Shown: piece by piece, positions 1 through 15,238 of the stretch
Position numbering within the stretch: the stretch's first letter is position 1
How the letters are laid out: each line of letters begins with the position of its first letter
Source of the DNA: the human T2T-CHM13v2.0 reference genome, Homo sapiens
Assembly (NCBI RefSeq): GCF_009914755.1
Contig: NC_060940.1
Length of the DNA stretch: 64,000 nucleotides
Reading direction: 5' to 3' (one strand)
The notes under the pieces: generated by a model
Databases searched by the model: none
Told to the model about the DNA's origin: nothing
What the model saw: the letters and a program-made list of their open reading frames with translations, nothing else
Made by a program: the position numbers and the translations under genes

Positions 1-304
<304 letters not shown>

Positions 305-320
305 CTAAAATGCAGTATGT

Positions 321-445
321 GGCCAGGTGCAGTAGCTCACATATTTAATCCTAGCACTTTGGGAGGTTGAGGTGGGTGGATCAGGAGTGTGAGACCAGCT
401 TGGACAATGTGGTGAAACTCTGTCTCTATTTTTAAAAATAAACAA
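321..445 (+). mobile_element. Alu left monomer (FLAM-like)
   Basis: ggccaggtgcagtagctcac... single arm. Confidence 0.8.
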
Positions 446-489
446 TTTTAAAACAAATAAATTTTAAAAATGCAGTATGTGAGCATATG

Positions 490-770
490 GTGGGAAAAAA
501 GGTATAAAGCACATCAGTGGGATGGTTGATAAAATTGGGTATGGGCTGTAGATTAAAGTATTGTATCAACATTAAATGATCTGATAACTGTTTATATGAG
601 CCCTTGATCTTTGGAAATTTGCAAGGCTAAAGAGGCACAGGGTAAATGTATAGATATAGAATGAGGCAAAATTGTACAAATAGGCAAATCTGGATTAAAA
701 AGTATAGAATTCTTTGTACTTATCACTTCTGAAAGTTTTTTGAAAGTATTTCAAAATACAGCTTTAAAAA
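490..770 (+). mobile_element. Old L1 (L1ME-like) 3' end
   Basis: AT-rich, gtattgtatcaacattaa and gaattctttgtactt resemble L1M 3' UTR. Confidence 0.5.
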
Positions 771-781
771 ATGCCTGTCTT

Positions 782-1097
782 GCCAGGTGAGGTGGCTTAC
801 ACCTGTAATCCCAGCACTTTGGGAGGCCAAAGTAGGAGGAACGCTTTAGGCCAGGAGTCTGAGACTAGCTTGAGCAACATAGCAAGATTCTGTTTCTTCC
901 CAAAAAAAGAAAAAAAAAATTGCCAGGTGTGGTGGCACACGCCTGTGGTCCCAGCTACTCCAGAGGCTGAGGCAGGAGGATCACTTGAGCCCAGGAATTT
1001 GAGGCTGCAATGAGCTATGATCACTCTACTGCCCACTAGTTTGGGTGATAGAGCGAGACCCTGATTTAAAAAAAAAAAGAAAGAAAAAGAAAAAAAA
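782..1097 (+). mobile_element. Alu (AluJ-like)
   Basis: Dimer with A tail, flanked by gcctgtctt direct repeats. Confidence 0.92.
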
Positions 1098-2262
1098 GCC
1101 TGTCTTATGAGATTGTGGTGTGATGAAATGACATTACTTCCCGGTACTTAAAACAGCCTCTGGCACTCATCGAGCATTAGCTGTTATTGTTGCTGCCGCT
1201 TTTTGTTATCTTTAGTATGGGCAACGTGTGTCCCATCTCCTGTTGCCATGATCCTGAGGGGCAGGCCTTGTTTCTCCACTTTACAGATGACACAGTTGAA
1301 GCCCAGAGAGATGAAGTGGCTTGCTCAGGACACCGCAGAGGCCAGGGCCGTGGGAGGAGGACTGCAGAAGTGCTTAAAGTTTATTTTGAATTAATCATCA
1401 ACATTTGAAAACCACAAGATTTTTACATAAAGCCTAGATTTCTAGTTTCTTTTGCCAACTTAGAAGGCCTGTACCCCTGGCCACGTTGCTGCATGGCAGC
1501 TACCGGTGGAAGCTCGGCAGGGTGGCGCCTCACCCAGAGCTCGGGCCTCCAGTGTGCCCCAGTCCCCACCTAGCCAGCCAGCCTTGCCTGTCATTGTCCC
1601 CGCCTCGCCTCCGGGGGCTCCCAGTTCACTGTCCTAGGAAGTGATCGCAGGGTGCTGGGCCACAAAGCTTGGGTTCTCCCCTTCCCCGGCCTGCTCCCCC
1701 ACGCAGAGGGCATAGCATTGCACTGCCTTGACTCAGCCAGTATTTGAGCACCTGGTGTGTGTGGGCAATGGCTGGGGGCTTCAGGCGAGGAGGAAGAGGA
1801 GCTGAAGCTTTGGGGCTCCAGCCTGCTCTCCTGTCACAGTCCCAGGCCTCTGTCCATCCCTCCTGCAGCCTCAAATGTGTGCCTGGCCCTGAAGAAGGGG
1901 TGCGGGGTGGCTCGCTGACCACGCCTTGAGGACGGTGCAGGAGGAGCCCCCGGGCTGCTGTTTTTTTTCCTTTTTGGGTGTATGTAGGCAGGCAGTCCTT
2001 TCTCTGTGCCGAGCCTCTGGTTCTTCCTATGTGAGATGGGGCTAGACCACCTTCCTGGAGGGTGGGTGGAAGCAGGAGGAATGGGACTTGTCAGTGTTGA
2101 GCAGGGCTGAGCTCTGCACACATGATTGACATGATGGTTTCATTCCAGTGCTTGGCTTCTAATGCCACTGGTCCCCCGCCAGCCTGGCTTCGGGGCCAGC
2201 AGGAATGGGTTGAGCAAAGGCTGGCAATAGGCATGACCCAGGGTGTGGGGTGGAGGCAGCCA

Positions 2263-2354
2263 CTGGGCAGGCATTGTTTGTGTGCCTGGGCAGGCATTGT
2301 TTGTGTGCCTGGGTAGGCATTGTTTGTGTGCCTGGGTAGGCATTGTTTGTGTGC
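2263..2354. repeat. 23-bp minisatellite, 4 copies
   Basis: CTGGGYAGGCATTGTTTGTGTGC x4. Confidence 0.95.
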
Positions 2355-2444
2355 CTTCGTAGCTGTGCCTTAAGGTCATCATCTCACAGAGGAGGGGACA
2401 GGCTCAGTGACGATGGCAGGAGCTCACCTTGGTGAGTTTGGTGT

Positions 2445-2550
2445 TCAACAGATGGGGAAACTGAGGCTCAGAGAGGTGAAGTGACCCTCAGAGGTCCCAT
2501 GACCAAGCAATAGCAATGCTGGGACTAGAAGCCAGAGTTTCTGCCTCCTG
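2445..2550 (-). mobile_element. MIR
   Basis: cagatggggaaactgaggctcagagaggtgaagtgac core. Confidence 0.7.
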
Positions 2551-3068
2551 GGCTAAGGCTCTGGGCTCCATTCCCAGGAGGAGGAAAAAGCTCGTTTCTT
2601 ATTTTTAAATGGTTTTCATTTTTTAAAGTACAGAAACAATTCACATTTAGGTAATGAAAAATCAGAAAATATAAGTAATAAGGTGGGGAAAAAACTTCTT
2701 AATAGAATTGGAACTCGAAGTAACCCATTAACATATTGGTGTATATTCTTCCAGACTTCTTTTCTTTTTTCAACATATTACAAGAAAAAAAGTTGAGCAT
2801 TACAACTTTCTTTATTGTCCTCTAAGGGGAGTTCTGTCTGCCCCAGGCTTTGGGTGTGGAGTTGGGGGTCAGGGAGGTTAAAGTGTTACAGACATCAGCA
2901 GCCCAGCCTTTGACACAGGAGGTGCCCTGCGCGATTTTCTCTGTCCCCTGTTGCAGACATTTCGGTTGTTTCCAGCATTTTCGCAGTTAGAGAGCTGCAC
3001 TAAACAGCCCGTAGCTAAGTCCTTGCATGTAGTGGGACTGTTTCTTTAGGGTAAATTAAAACGAGTCC

Positions 3069-3381
3069 ATTTCTTTTTCTTTTCTTTCTTTTTTCTGAGA
3101 GGGAGTCTTGCTCTGTCGTCCAGGCTGGAGTGCTGTGGCGCAATCTCGTCTCACTGCAGCCTCCGCCTCCTGGGTTCAGATGATTCTCCTGTCTCAGCTT
3201 CCTGAGTAGCTGGGATTTACAGATGTGTGCCACCATGCCCGACTAATTTTTGTGTTTTTAGTAGAGACATGGTTTCACCATGTTGCCCAGGCTGGTCTCA
3301 AACTCCTGGCCTCAAATGATCCACCCCTGCCGTGGCCTCCCAAAATGCTGGAATTATAGGTGTGAGCCACCGCACCCAGCC
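3069..3381 (-). mobile_element. Alu
   Basis: Antisense dimeric Alu. Confidence 0.93.
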
Positions 3382-3727
3382 AAAAATGGGTCCGTTTCTT
3401 ACCTTTGTGGTGCCCTCAGGCTGGACCCAGGTTTGTGGTGGGACCACGTCTGGGAGTGTGGAGGTCTTGGGCACTGAGCGCTTTCCACTGCCCACTCTTT
3501 TGTGGTCAGAGGATGAGACAGGGAGGGGCTCCGGGGGGAGGGCTTTGCCAGGAGTGTGTTCTAATGACGCCGCCCAGGCTGGCACTGGAAGCCTTTAAGC
3601 TCCTGTGGTGAGGTGGGTTGAGGTGGGGGTGGAGGCGGTGGTGTCTGCTGCTACATGCTGGTGGGGACTGGAGGCCAGAGCCTGGAGCCTCCTTTGCTTC
3701 CAGCAGGAGGGGACCTCAGGAAGAACT

Positions 3728-3825
3728 TGTGTGTGTCTCTGTCTTTGTCCTTGTCTGTCTCTAACTGCCTTTCTCTGTGTGTCTGTCTATCTGTCTGTCT
3801 CTGTCTCTCTCTGTCTGTCTCTCTC
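3728..3825. repeat. (TCTG)n/(TC)n low-complexity microsatellite
   Basis: tgtctctgtc...gtctgtctatctgtctgtctctgtctctctctgtctgtctctct. Confidence 0.85.
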
Positions 3826-4830
3826 CAGTCAGGAGCAGGGTTGAGGCTGGGTCTGTGTTTCTGACCCTGAGACCTCGGGGGAGTTACCTTCCCTCTCAAG
3901 ACCACATGATCCTCATCTGTAGGAAGGGGCTAAAAACGACCCCTTCGCTGTGTGAGACATGGAGGAGATGGCAGATCCCAGAGTGCTTTCAGTGACAAGG
4001 TTTTGACGTTTCATTATGAACAAGCCAACAGACACAGCAGCAGACAGGGCAGCCCACCAGCACGCCACTCCACGCACCCCTGCCTCCGCTTCCGCAGGCT
4101 CCAGCCCATGGCCTCTGGGAGCTGCCTCTCCTCCCACACACAGTCCCCTCCAGGCACCCTGTCACTTCATCTGTGAGAATGGTAGTCTATGTTACTAAAA
4201 GATAAGATGCTTAAAAAACACACAATCACCAAATAACTGTTAGAACTAATAAACTAACACAGTGAAGCTGTAAAGTCAACACACAAAAATCAGTCATGTT
4301 TCTGTATGTTAGCTAACTATCTGAAAAAGAAATCAAGAAGATAATCCCATTCACAATAGCCACGCGAAAAAATACTTAGGAATAAATTCAACGGAGAAGG
4401 TGAAAGAGCTGTATGCTGAAATCTATAAAACAATGAACCAAGAAATGGAACAAGATACAAATAGATGGGATTTTATCCATGTTCATGGATTGGAAGAATT
4501 AATATCGTGCAAATGTCCATACTACCCAAAGCTATTCAATGCAGCCTTTGTCAACATTCCAGTGACTTCTCACAGAAAAAGAAAAAACAGGGAACACACC
4601 TTTGGTTTATACCAAAAGCTGTGTCTCCCTGCCCCCCCACCCCCACCCCCTGCCAAAACAAAAGAAAAAACAATTCTAAAATTCAGGTGAAACCACAAAA
4701 GACCCCAAATAGCTAAAGTGATCTTGAGCAAGAAGATCAAAGCTGAAGGCATCACACTACCTAATTTCAAAATATATTACAAGCTACAGTAATTAAAATA
4801 GCATTGTACTGGCATAAAAATAGACACATT

Positions 4831-5253
<423 letters not shown>

Positions 5254-5323
5254 AGACGTATCAACCAATGGAACAGGATAGAGAGCTCAGAAATGAACCC
5301 ATGAATATATTTACAGCCCAATG

Positions 5324-5626
5324 ATTTGTTTGTTTGTTTGTTGTTCAGATAGTGTCTCACTCTGTCACCTAGCCTGGAGTGCAGTGGTGGGATCTTGGCT
5401 CACTGCAAACTCTGCCTCCCATGCTCAAGCCATGCCCCTACTTCAGCCTCCTGAGTCACTGGGACAACAGGTGCATGCCACCTTTGGCTAATTTTTGTAT
5501 TTTTTGTAGAGATGGGGTTTCAACATGCTGCCCAGGCTGGTCTCGAACTCCTGAGCTCAAGGGCTCTGCCTGCCTCGGCCTCCCAAAATGCTGGGATCAC
5601 AGGCATGGGCCACTGTGCCTGCCCAG
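5324..5626 (-). mobile_element. Alu (AluJ-like)
   Basis: Antisense dimer with (TTTG)n tail. Confidence 0.9.
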
Positions 5627-6257
5627 TCCATTGATTTTTTTGACAAAGATGCCAAGGACCCACTATGGGAAAAGGATAGCCTCTTCAATAAATGGTGTTG
5701 AGAAGACTGGGTTTTCACAGGCAGGAGGATGAAATTAGATCCTTACATATAAAAACCAACTCAAAATGGACTGAAGACTTAAACATAAGACCTGAAACTA
5801 TAGAACTACTAGAAGAAAATATAGGGAAAAAGCTATGTGATACTGGTCTGGGCAATTATTATTATTATTATTTTTGACTCCAAAATCTCATGCAACAAAA
5901 GCAAAAATAGACAAATGGGATGATGTCAAACTTAAAAGCCTCTGCATGGCAAAGAAAACAGGTAACAGAAGAGACAACCGATAGACTGGGAGAAAATATT
6001 TGCAAGCCAAACATCTGAAAAGAAGTTAATATCCAAAATAGATAAGGAACTCAATAACAGCAACAACAACAACAAACCCAATTAAAAAATGGGCAAAGAA
6101 CCTGAATAGGCATTTTTCAAAAGAACCCATGCAAATGACCAACAGGTATACAAAAAAATGTTCAACATTACTAATCATTAGGGAAATGCATATTAAAACC
6201 ACAGTGAGGTATCATCTCACACCTGTTAGAATGGCTATTATTAAAAAGACAAGAGAA

Positions 6258-6540
6258 GCCAGGCGTGGTGGCTCACGCCTGTAATTCCAGCACTTTGGGA
6301 GGCTAAGGCAGGAGGATTGCTTGAGCCTGGGAGTTTGAGACCAGCCTGGGCAACATAGGGAGAACCCATCTCTACAAAAAATAAAAAAACAAGGCAGGTG
6401 TGGCAGCGTGCACCTGTAGTTCTACCTAGTCAGGAGGCTGAGGTGGGAGGATCACTTGAGCCCAGAATTCAGAGGCTGCAGTGAGCTATGATCACATCAC
6501 TGCACTCCAGCTTGGGCAAGACCCTGTCTCAAAAAAAAAA
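6258..6540 (+). mobile_element. Alu (AluJ-like)
   Basis: Dimer inserted in L1. Confidence 0.92.
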
Positions 6541-6932
6541 GAGACAGGTGTTGGAGATAATGTGGAGAAAAGGAAACCCTTGAGCACTGTTGGTGGGAAT
6601 GCAAATTAGCACAGCCATTATGGAAAATAGTAGGAACCTCCCTTCCTTCTGCTTGTGGGTACATATCCAAAGGATTTGAAAGCAGCATGTCAAAGAGATA
6701 TCTGCACTCCCATAATCATTGCAGCATTATTCATAATAGCCAAGATCTAGAAACAAGTGTCCATTAATGGATGAAGAAAATGTGACATATATACACAATG
6801 AGATACTATTTAGCCTTAAGAAAGAAGGAACAACATGGGTGAACCTAATGGACATTACACTAAGTAAAATAAGCTAGGCACAGAAGGACAAATACTGCAC
6901 GATCTCACTTATGTGTGGAATCCAAGAAATCT

Positions 6933-7087
6933 AGGCTGTGTGCGGTGGCTCATGCCTGTCATCTCAGCTCTTTGGGAGGCTAAGGTGGGAGAATTGCTTG
7001 AGGCTAGGAGTTCAAAACGCATGGGCAACATAGCACTCCATCTGTACAAAACAAAACAAATGCAAAAGACCACCACCAACAAAAAAA
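6933..7087 (+). mobile_element. Alu left monomer
   Basis: ggctgtgtgcggtggctcatgcctg... single arm. Confidence 0.8.
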
Positions 7088-7576
7088 TCCAATTGAACTC
7101 AGAAGCAGCAAGTGGAAGGGTGGTTACCAGAGGCTGTGTGTAGGTAAGGGGGGCAGGGGTGGGATGGGGAGAGATAGAGAGAGGTCAGTCAAAGGATACA
7201 AAGTTTCAGTGGAGGAATAAGTTTTTTGAGACCTATTGCACAGCATGGTGACTATAGTTAATGTACATTTCAAAATTACTAAGAGGGTAATTTCAAATGT
7301 TTTCACCACAAACAGTGCTAAATACTTGAGGTGATATGTTAATTAGCTTCATTTCATCATTCTCCATTGTATATATGTAACGTCACCTTGTATCCCATAA
7401 ATATATACAATTATAACTGATCAATTTACAATAAAATTAAAAAAACAAACATTTTACCACACATATTGCTAAACATTAGCAATAATTCTTTAAGATCGTA
7501 ACTATCCATTCGGTGTTCAAACTTCCAATTGTTTTGTAAATGTCATATATATATATATTTATATTTTATATATTAG

Positions 7577-7880
<304 letters not shown>

Positions 7881-7917
7881 TATATGTTAATATTAGCTTT
7901 TTAAAATCAGGATCCAG

Positions 7918-8090
7918 AGCCAGGCATGGTGGCATGCACTTGTAATGTAACCTCCAAGCTACTCGAGAGGCTGAGGCAGGAGGATTACTTGAGGTTGGGA
8001 GCTGGAGGCTGCAGTGAGCTATGACTGCGCCACTGCACTCCAGCCTGGGTGACAGAGAGAGCCCCTGTCTCTTTAAAAAATAATAATAAT
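7918..8090 (+). mobile_element. Alu right monomer (FRAM-like)
   Basis: Single arm with aatcaggatcc TSD. Confidence 0.85.
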
Positions 8091-8433
8091 CAGGATCCGA
8101 ATGAGGTCTGCATGATGAGACTGTGATATGTTTCTTCAGTTTTTCATCTGTAGGACTGGTACTCATTCTCTCTGTCTTCCATGTGGTGTTTTTGTTGAAG
8201 CTGGGTCCCTTTACCTGTAGGAGAGCTTCCTATAATGTGTAGCATGCTCCTTGTCCCCTGAATCCTATAAATTCATAGTTGTATCCAGAGGCTTGATCTA
8301 ATTCAGTTTTGATTTTTTTCACACAACAGCACATTGGAGATGCTATTGGAAATTTCTGGGAGGCACATGTGGTCTGGTGAATTTCCTTTTGTAATACTGG
8401 CAGTCATTGATATTCAATGACTTTAAGGTAGTA

Positions 8434-8740
<307 letters not shown>

Positions 8741-10169
8741 TAGTATTTTTAGTTACAGTAAAAACCTTCCGTATTCACCCTGTTACAAGTGGTGCCTAGT
8801 TTGGTGTTGGGTGGAAAACTACCCGTCTCAGGGCATTGTTTTTCCTTTTTCTTGCTTTTTCTTGATTGTAGCTGGTTTTCCTCCTCTGTTAATTATTTGG
8901 GTAGTATATTTTCATTAGAGAAAAATTGAAAAGCAGATCTAAACAAAAAGATAAATATTGAAATAAAACTGTGCCAAATTCTATCACCTAGTGATAACTC
9001 CTAAGATTTGGGACATTTTCTTCCCGATTTTCTTGTATGCAAAAAAATACAGGCATCCCTGTGACATCGTTAAAAAAGAAAGGGGTCACACTTCACATGC
9101 AGTTCTAGGAGCTGCTATTTTCAATTTGTGGTATGTCTGAAGCCCCCTTTGAGGATCTGGTGGGAGGGACATGGCCTTCCTCCCTGCCTGTCCATGGGTC
9201 ACACTGGGCCGGGTGCAGGGAAGGACAGGCGGCCTCTGGTGCGGCCCAGCTGCCAAGTTTTTCAAAGGAAATAAGGGCTTTTGGTTGGCAGGGCGGTTGC
9301 TTTCACATCTGTTCTTTTAGGATTCTCTGCTGTTACTCAACACACCATGACCCCAGCTGCCCCTTTCCTTCTCCAAAGCCCCGTCTCCCAGGCGTGGCAG
9401 AGATCGGGGCCCTGGGGATCATGGGAGTCAGGCCCCTGCCCTTGAGTGGGCTTTGTCGCTTACATGAAGTCGGGCTGTTCATCTTTCCTTGTTGTGGCAT
9501 TGGAACTCAGCCAAGCAGCAGCGATTTAGGAGGGGCAGTAGCCGCAGGGTGCCGGGTTTAATGGGAAAGATGCTGTTTACTTAGAATATGTGTTCATTTG
9601 GAGTGGCTTTGGGGCTTACCCCAGGCCACCCCTTAGGACCACCACTGATTAGGGGTCAGAAGGCGCTAGTGGACCCGGGCATTTTCTTATGTTCCTAGCC
9701 TGCACAGGAACAGATCCCTGCACATCCCTGAGCCCACAGCTGAGAAGAGATGTGGGCAGAGGCCTGGAGGAGGTGGGTGGATGCACTGGAATGTTCTCCG
9801 CCTCCCAGCGTGAAAGATGCATCTGGGAGGAGGGGGAGTGTCTCCATCGAGCTGTGCTGCCTCTGCGAGTCCCTCTCCCTGGGGAGCTCACCTCAGTCCC
9901 AAGTGTGGAAGAGCTGGGGGGCGTGAAACCACACGGAGTCAGCCCTGCTCTGTCCTCCCACGTAGGGTGAGCAGGAGGGGACGCTCACACGGCTGGCTGC
10001 ACTGTGTTATTGTTGGGAGTATCTGGGTACAGGTCAATCTGGCAGAAATGTCGTGAGGTCCTGTGGTGCTGGGGAGAGGTGGTCCTTGCCCTCAGCCAGA
10101 TGGGTCTGATGGAGGAGAAGACAGGACCTTCAGTCACTCCTGAGCAGGGAGGGTGCTGCATGAATAAGT

Positions 10170-10960
10170 TCAGGTTCTTTGAGCTGCAAGTACCAGAAAC
10201 CCACTGTAACCAAAGGGAAAGGGAGAAAGAGAGGACTTGAGACTTTGTGGGGATTCAGGCATGGCTGGATCCAGGGGCTCAAATGGTATCATGAAGACTC
10301 TGCTTCTCTCTCCATTTCTCTGTCTTGGCTTCCTTTTCAGGCCAGTTCTTCCACAGAGAGGTTGTATTTGTAATCTATTGCTGTGTAACAAATTATTCCA
10401 ATTACCTCATAATTTCTGTAGGTCAGGAGTTCAGGCTGAGCTGGGTGCTTCTGGCTGGGGTTCTCTGATGAGGTTGCAATCAAGCTGCCTGTCAAGCTGC
10501 AGTCATCTGAAGGCTTGACTGGGGCTGGAGGGTCTGCCTCCAAGGCAGCTTTGTCACATGCAGGGTGGGTTGGTGCTGGCTGCTGGCGGGAGGCCTCCGT
10601 TCCTCGAACACAGATCCCTCCTTGGGGCTGCTTGAGTGTCCTCGAGCCATGGTGTCTGGCTTCCCCTAGAGGGAGAGATCCAAAGGAAAGCTGAGTGGAA
10701 GCTTCTGAGATCTTTCATGATCTCAGAAGCCGCATATTGTGGTTTCCACGATATTTTATTGGTCACACAGGTGGTGTGGGAGGGGACCATTCACAGACAT
10801 GAGTGCCAGGGGACAAGGGTCACTGGAGGCTGACTGCCACTGTGGCAAAGATGGCCCCAGTGGCTCGTAGCTCACACCTACTGCCAAGTGAATGAGAACA
10901 CTTTCCCACAGTCCCAACAAAAGTCCTGGAAGTGAATTTCACAGGACCACCTGAGTCTCA
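10170..10960. mobile_element. MaLR LTRs: an MLT1 (~10360-10840) nested in an older MLT1J/K-like LTR
   Basis: tattgctgtgtaacaaattattcc...ggctgactgccac inside ttcaggcatggctggatccaggggctcaa...ggcaaagatggccccag. Confidence 0.65.
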
Positions 10961-12006
10961 CACCCATTCCTCCATATACGCTAGTTGTGAGTCCACCCCT
11001 GCAGGGCTGGTTCCCCATAGGAACAGGGAGCTGTTACCAAAAGTGGACATGACATCCTCTGTGGAGAGGTCTATGGCATTGTGGCCTAGAGGAGGTGATG
11101 GTGGGGCACTGGGGAAGGCTTCCTGGTAGAGGCGGCACCAGTACCTGGCGGGATGGGTAGCATTTTGAGCATTCCAGGGACACTAAGGCCTGAGCAAAGA
11201 AATGGAAGAGTCAGGCAGCTGGGTAGCAGGTGGAGGCAGATAAGGATGGAAAAGTGAGTTGGGCCAGGTGGGGGTCCCCGAGAGGCAGGAGGAGGAGGCA
11301 GGACTTGCCTCTGGAGGCACAGGCAAGCCATGGAAGTTGTTTGAAGGAGGGGCAGGCACGTCGCAGAGCCTAGGGATTTAGGGTTTAGAGCGGGGAGAAC
11401 GCCTGGCTGGCCTCCTCCCTGCTGGCTTGCACCCAGCACCCACCATGTGCCTTGTCGGCATTTCTCACAGCCCCTCATGGGCTCCCAGCAGAGTGGGCCA
11501 CATCTCCTGACTTTACAGAGGGACTCCCTGAGCCACCAGGGTCCCCTAGCTCCGCCAAAGTCTCTCCCTGGAGCCCCTGACTCCAGAGCTCTCAGACAGG
11601 AATAATAGCAGGACCTTCCTGAAGGCTCCTCTTCATCCTGCCAGGACGATAGGCGAGGTTGGCGACAAGTGGCCAGCCCAATTGCTCAGACCCTCCCAGG
11701 GCTCCTCCCGGTGCCGTGAACCCCCGACCTTAGGGGAAGGAAGAGGTGACTGTGGCATGGACGGTGGTTTTTGTTCTCATATCCCCTGGCCCCTACAGAG
11801 ACGTGCCCAGAGTTCCAAGCCCACTGGGTGCTGGGGCTTTCCTTCCCCCAGTAAGGGCTCGACATCTAGGTTTGTGTGGCAGGGCCAAGCTGTTTGCTCA
11901 GCACTCAGTGTTATTTGTCCGTTGGCTGACTGACAGCTTGACTGTCTGCTTCGTTTTGGCTGCAGTTTGAGTCTCTCCTACTGACTGTTTCATGGCCTCA
12001 TCTTGA

Positions 12007-12495
<489 letters not shown>

Positions 12496-12884
12496 TGATG
12501 GGCACCTCTTACCTCCTCCCAGCCTAGGAACTTGCATGAAAGGGAACTATGTCCAAGTCAGTTTTGTGTCCCTAGCACCAGGGAAGAGGATGGGGGTTGC
12601 TGAGAGGGACAGGAAAGGATTGGGGTTGTGCTGTGTGCCCTGGCGCCTCTACCAAGCAGAAACCAGCCTTCCCTGTCTGCTACTGTGAAAGCCCAAGGTT
12701 GCCCTTCTTTGGGGGAGTTGAAAGAAAGCGGGTGTTTGTTCAGCACACTTGGGAGCACTGTGTGCCAGGGCTGGGAGATCTTGGGTGAGGGTACTCACCA
12801 TGCTCATTACCTTGTAATGGGGTTAGGGGTAGCCTGTCCCTATGGAAGCTTGTCCTTGTTCCCAGGGAGGGTCAGGAGCATGGG

Positions 12885-13060
12885 TTGTGAAGTCAGGTAG
12901 ATCTGAGCTTGAATCCTGGCTCTGCCTTTTCATAGCTGTGTGTGCTTGGGCCAGCAATGTGGTGTCTCTGAGCCTTGGTGCCTTCTTCTACAGAGGGATG
13001 ATAGCAGGGCCTTCCTCAGTGGGGCTGCCAGGGAGTGCCATGAGGCTGTGTGTGTAAAGT
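12885..13060 (+). mobile_element. MIR
   Basis: ttgaatcctggctctgcc...agctgtgtg...ctctgagcct. Confidence 0.6.
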
Positions 13061-13809
13061 CCTGGGTGATGCCTGTGTGGATCCCAGGGAGCATTGACCT
13101 GTGTGTGCTCAGATCCTGCCTGCCGGGACCTCCTAGACAGCGTGAGGGGTGGGGTGTCAAGTGGTGGCTGGTGGCTGCGGCTGCGGGGAGCAGCTGGTTT
13201 GAGGCAGTGCTGAGGCTGCAGCAGGGAAGAGACTCACCGCCACATCTTCCAAGGAGAAAGCTGGGCGGGCAGCCTGGGAGGGCAGGAGGTATTGCTCAGT
13301 GGGACAGGAACCTTGATTATCAAACGGCAGGGTTTACTGTGCCCCTCTCATTATCAAACTGCAGGGTTTGTTATCATACAGCCTCTGCTGTACGGCCAGT
13401 TTATCTTCACACACTCCCTGCTCTATGGCCGGTGCTGGAAAGCCCAGGGCCCCATAAGCTCCCAGCAGGCAGTGGGGAACCCCCCTCCTGTGTCCAGGCA
13501 TCTACATGTGTCCTCTCCAAGCTGCCCCTTTTCTCAAGCCGAGATCATCTTGCAGAAATGTTGGTCAGGGTGGGTCGCTCCCCACCTGCCATTCCCCTGG
13601 ACTTGCCCTGCCTCCTATGCCCCTTCCCCTTGGCCCCCGATATCTCCCCCAGCGGCTCCATCTCCACGCCGCGCTTTCCTCAGGGTTTGAGCATGTGTCT
13701 CATCAGCCTCTCGCCCACTGGGCCAGGTCAGATCTGTTCTTTTTCCTGAATCTACTGAGCATCCAGCACCATGCCCTCCTGCATACGCAAACGGGTATCC
13801 CTCAATACC

Positions 13810-15070
<1,261 letters not shown>

Positions 15071-15224
15071 ATGATGATGTCTGTTCCTTCTCTGCTCTGG
15101 GACATTTGCTAGGGAGACATTTGCTGATAGGAGGGCGACCCTGATGGGGAGGATCCCCTGAGGTCTCCCACTCCCTCCAGTGGCCTCTGGAGCAGCCTGG
15201 AACCAGTGAGTCCTATGCCTGTCT

Positions 15225-15238
15225 CCACCAGATGGCAG
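15225..15238 (+). promoter_or_regulatory. CTCF core motif
   Basis: CCACCAGATGGCAG matches CCASYAGRKGGCRS; ~1.1 kb upstream of the inferred TSS; binding not shown. Confidence 0.5.

Noticed and set aside
2263-2354. CRISPR-like short repeats with internal palindrome
   Set aside because: Head-to-tail copies with no spacers, no cas genes, primate context; this is a minisatellite.
12940-13749. 269-aa ORF upstream of the promoter
   Set aside because: Non-ATG start inside a MIR and no domain features.
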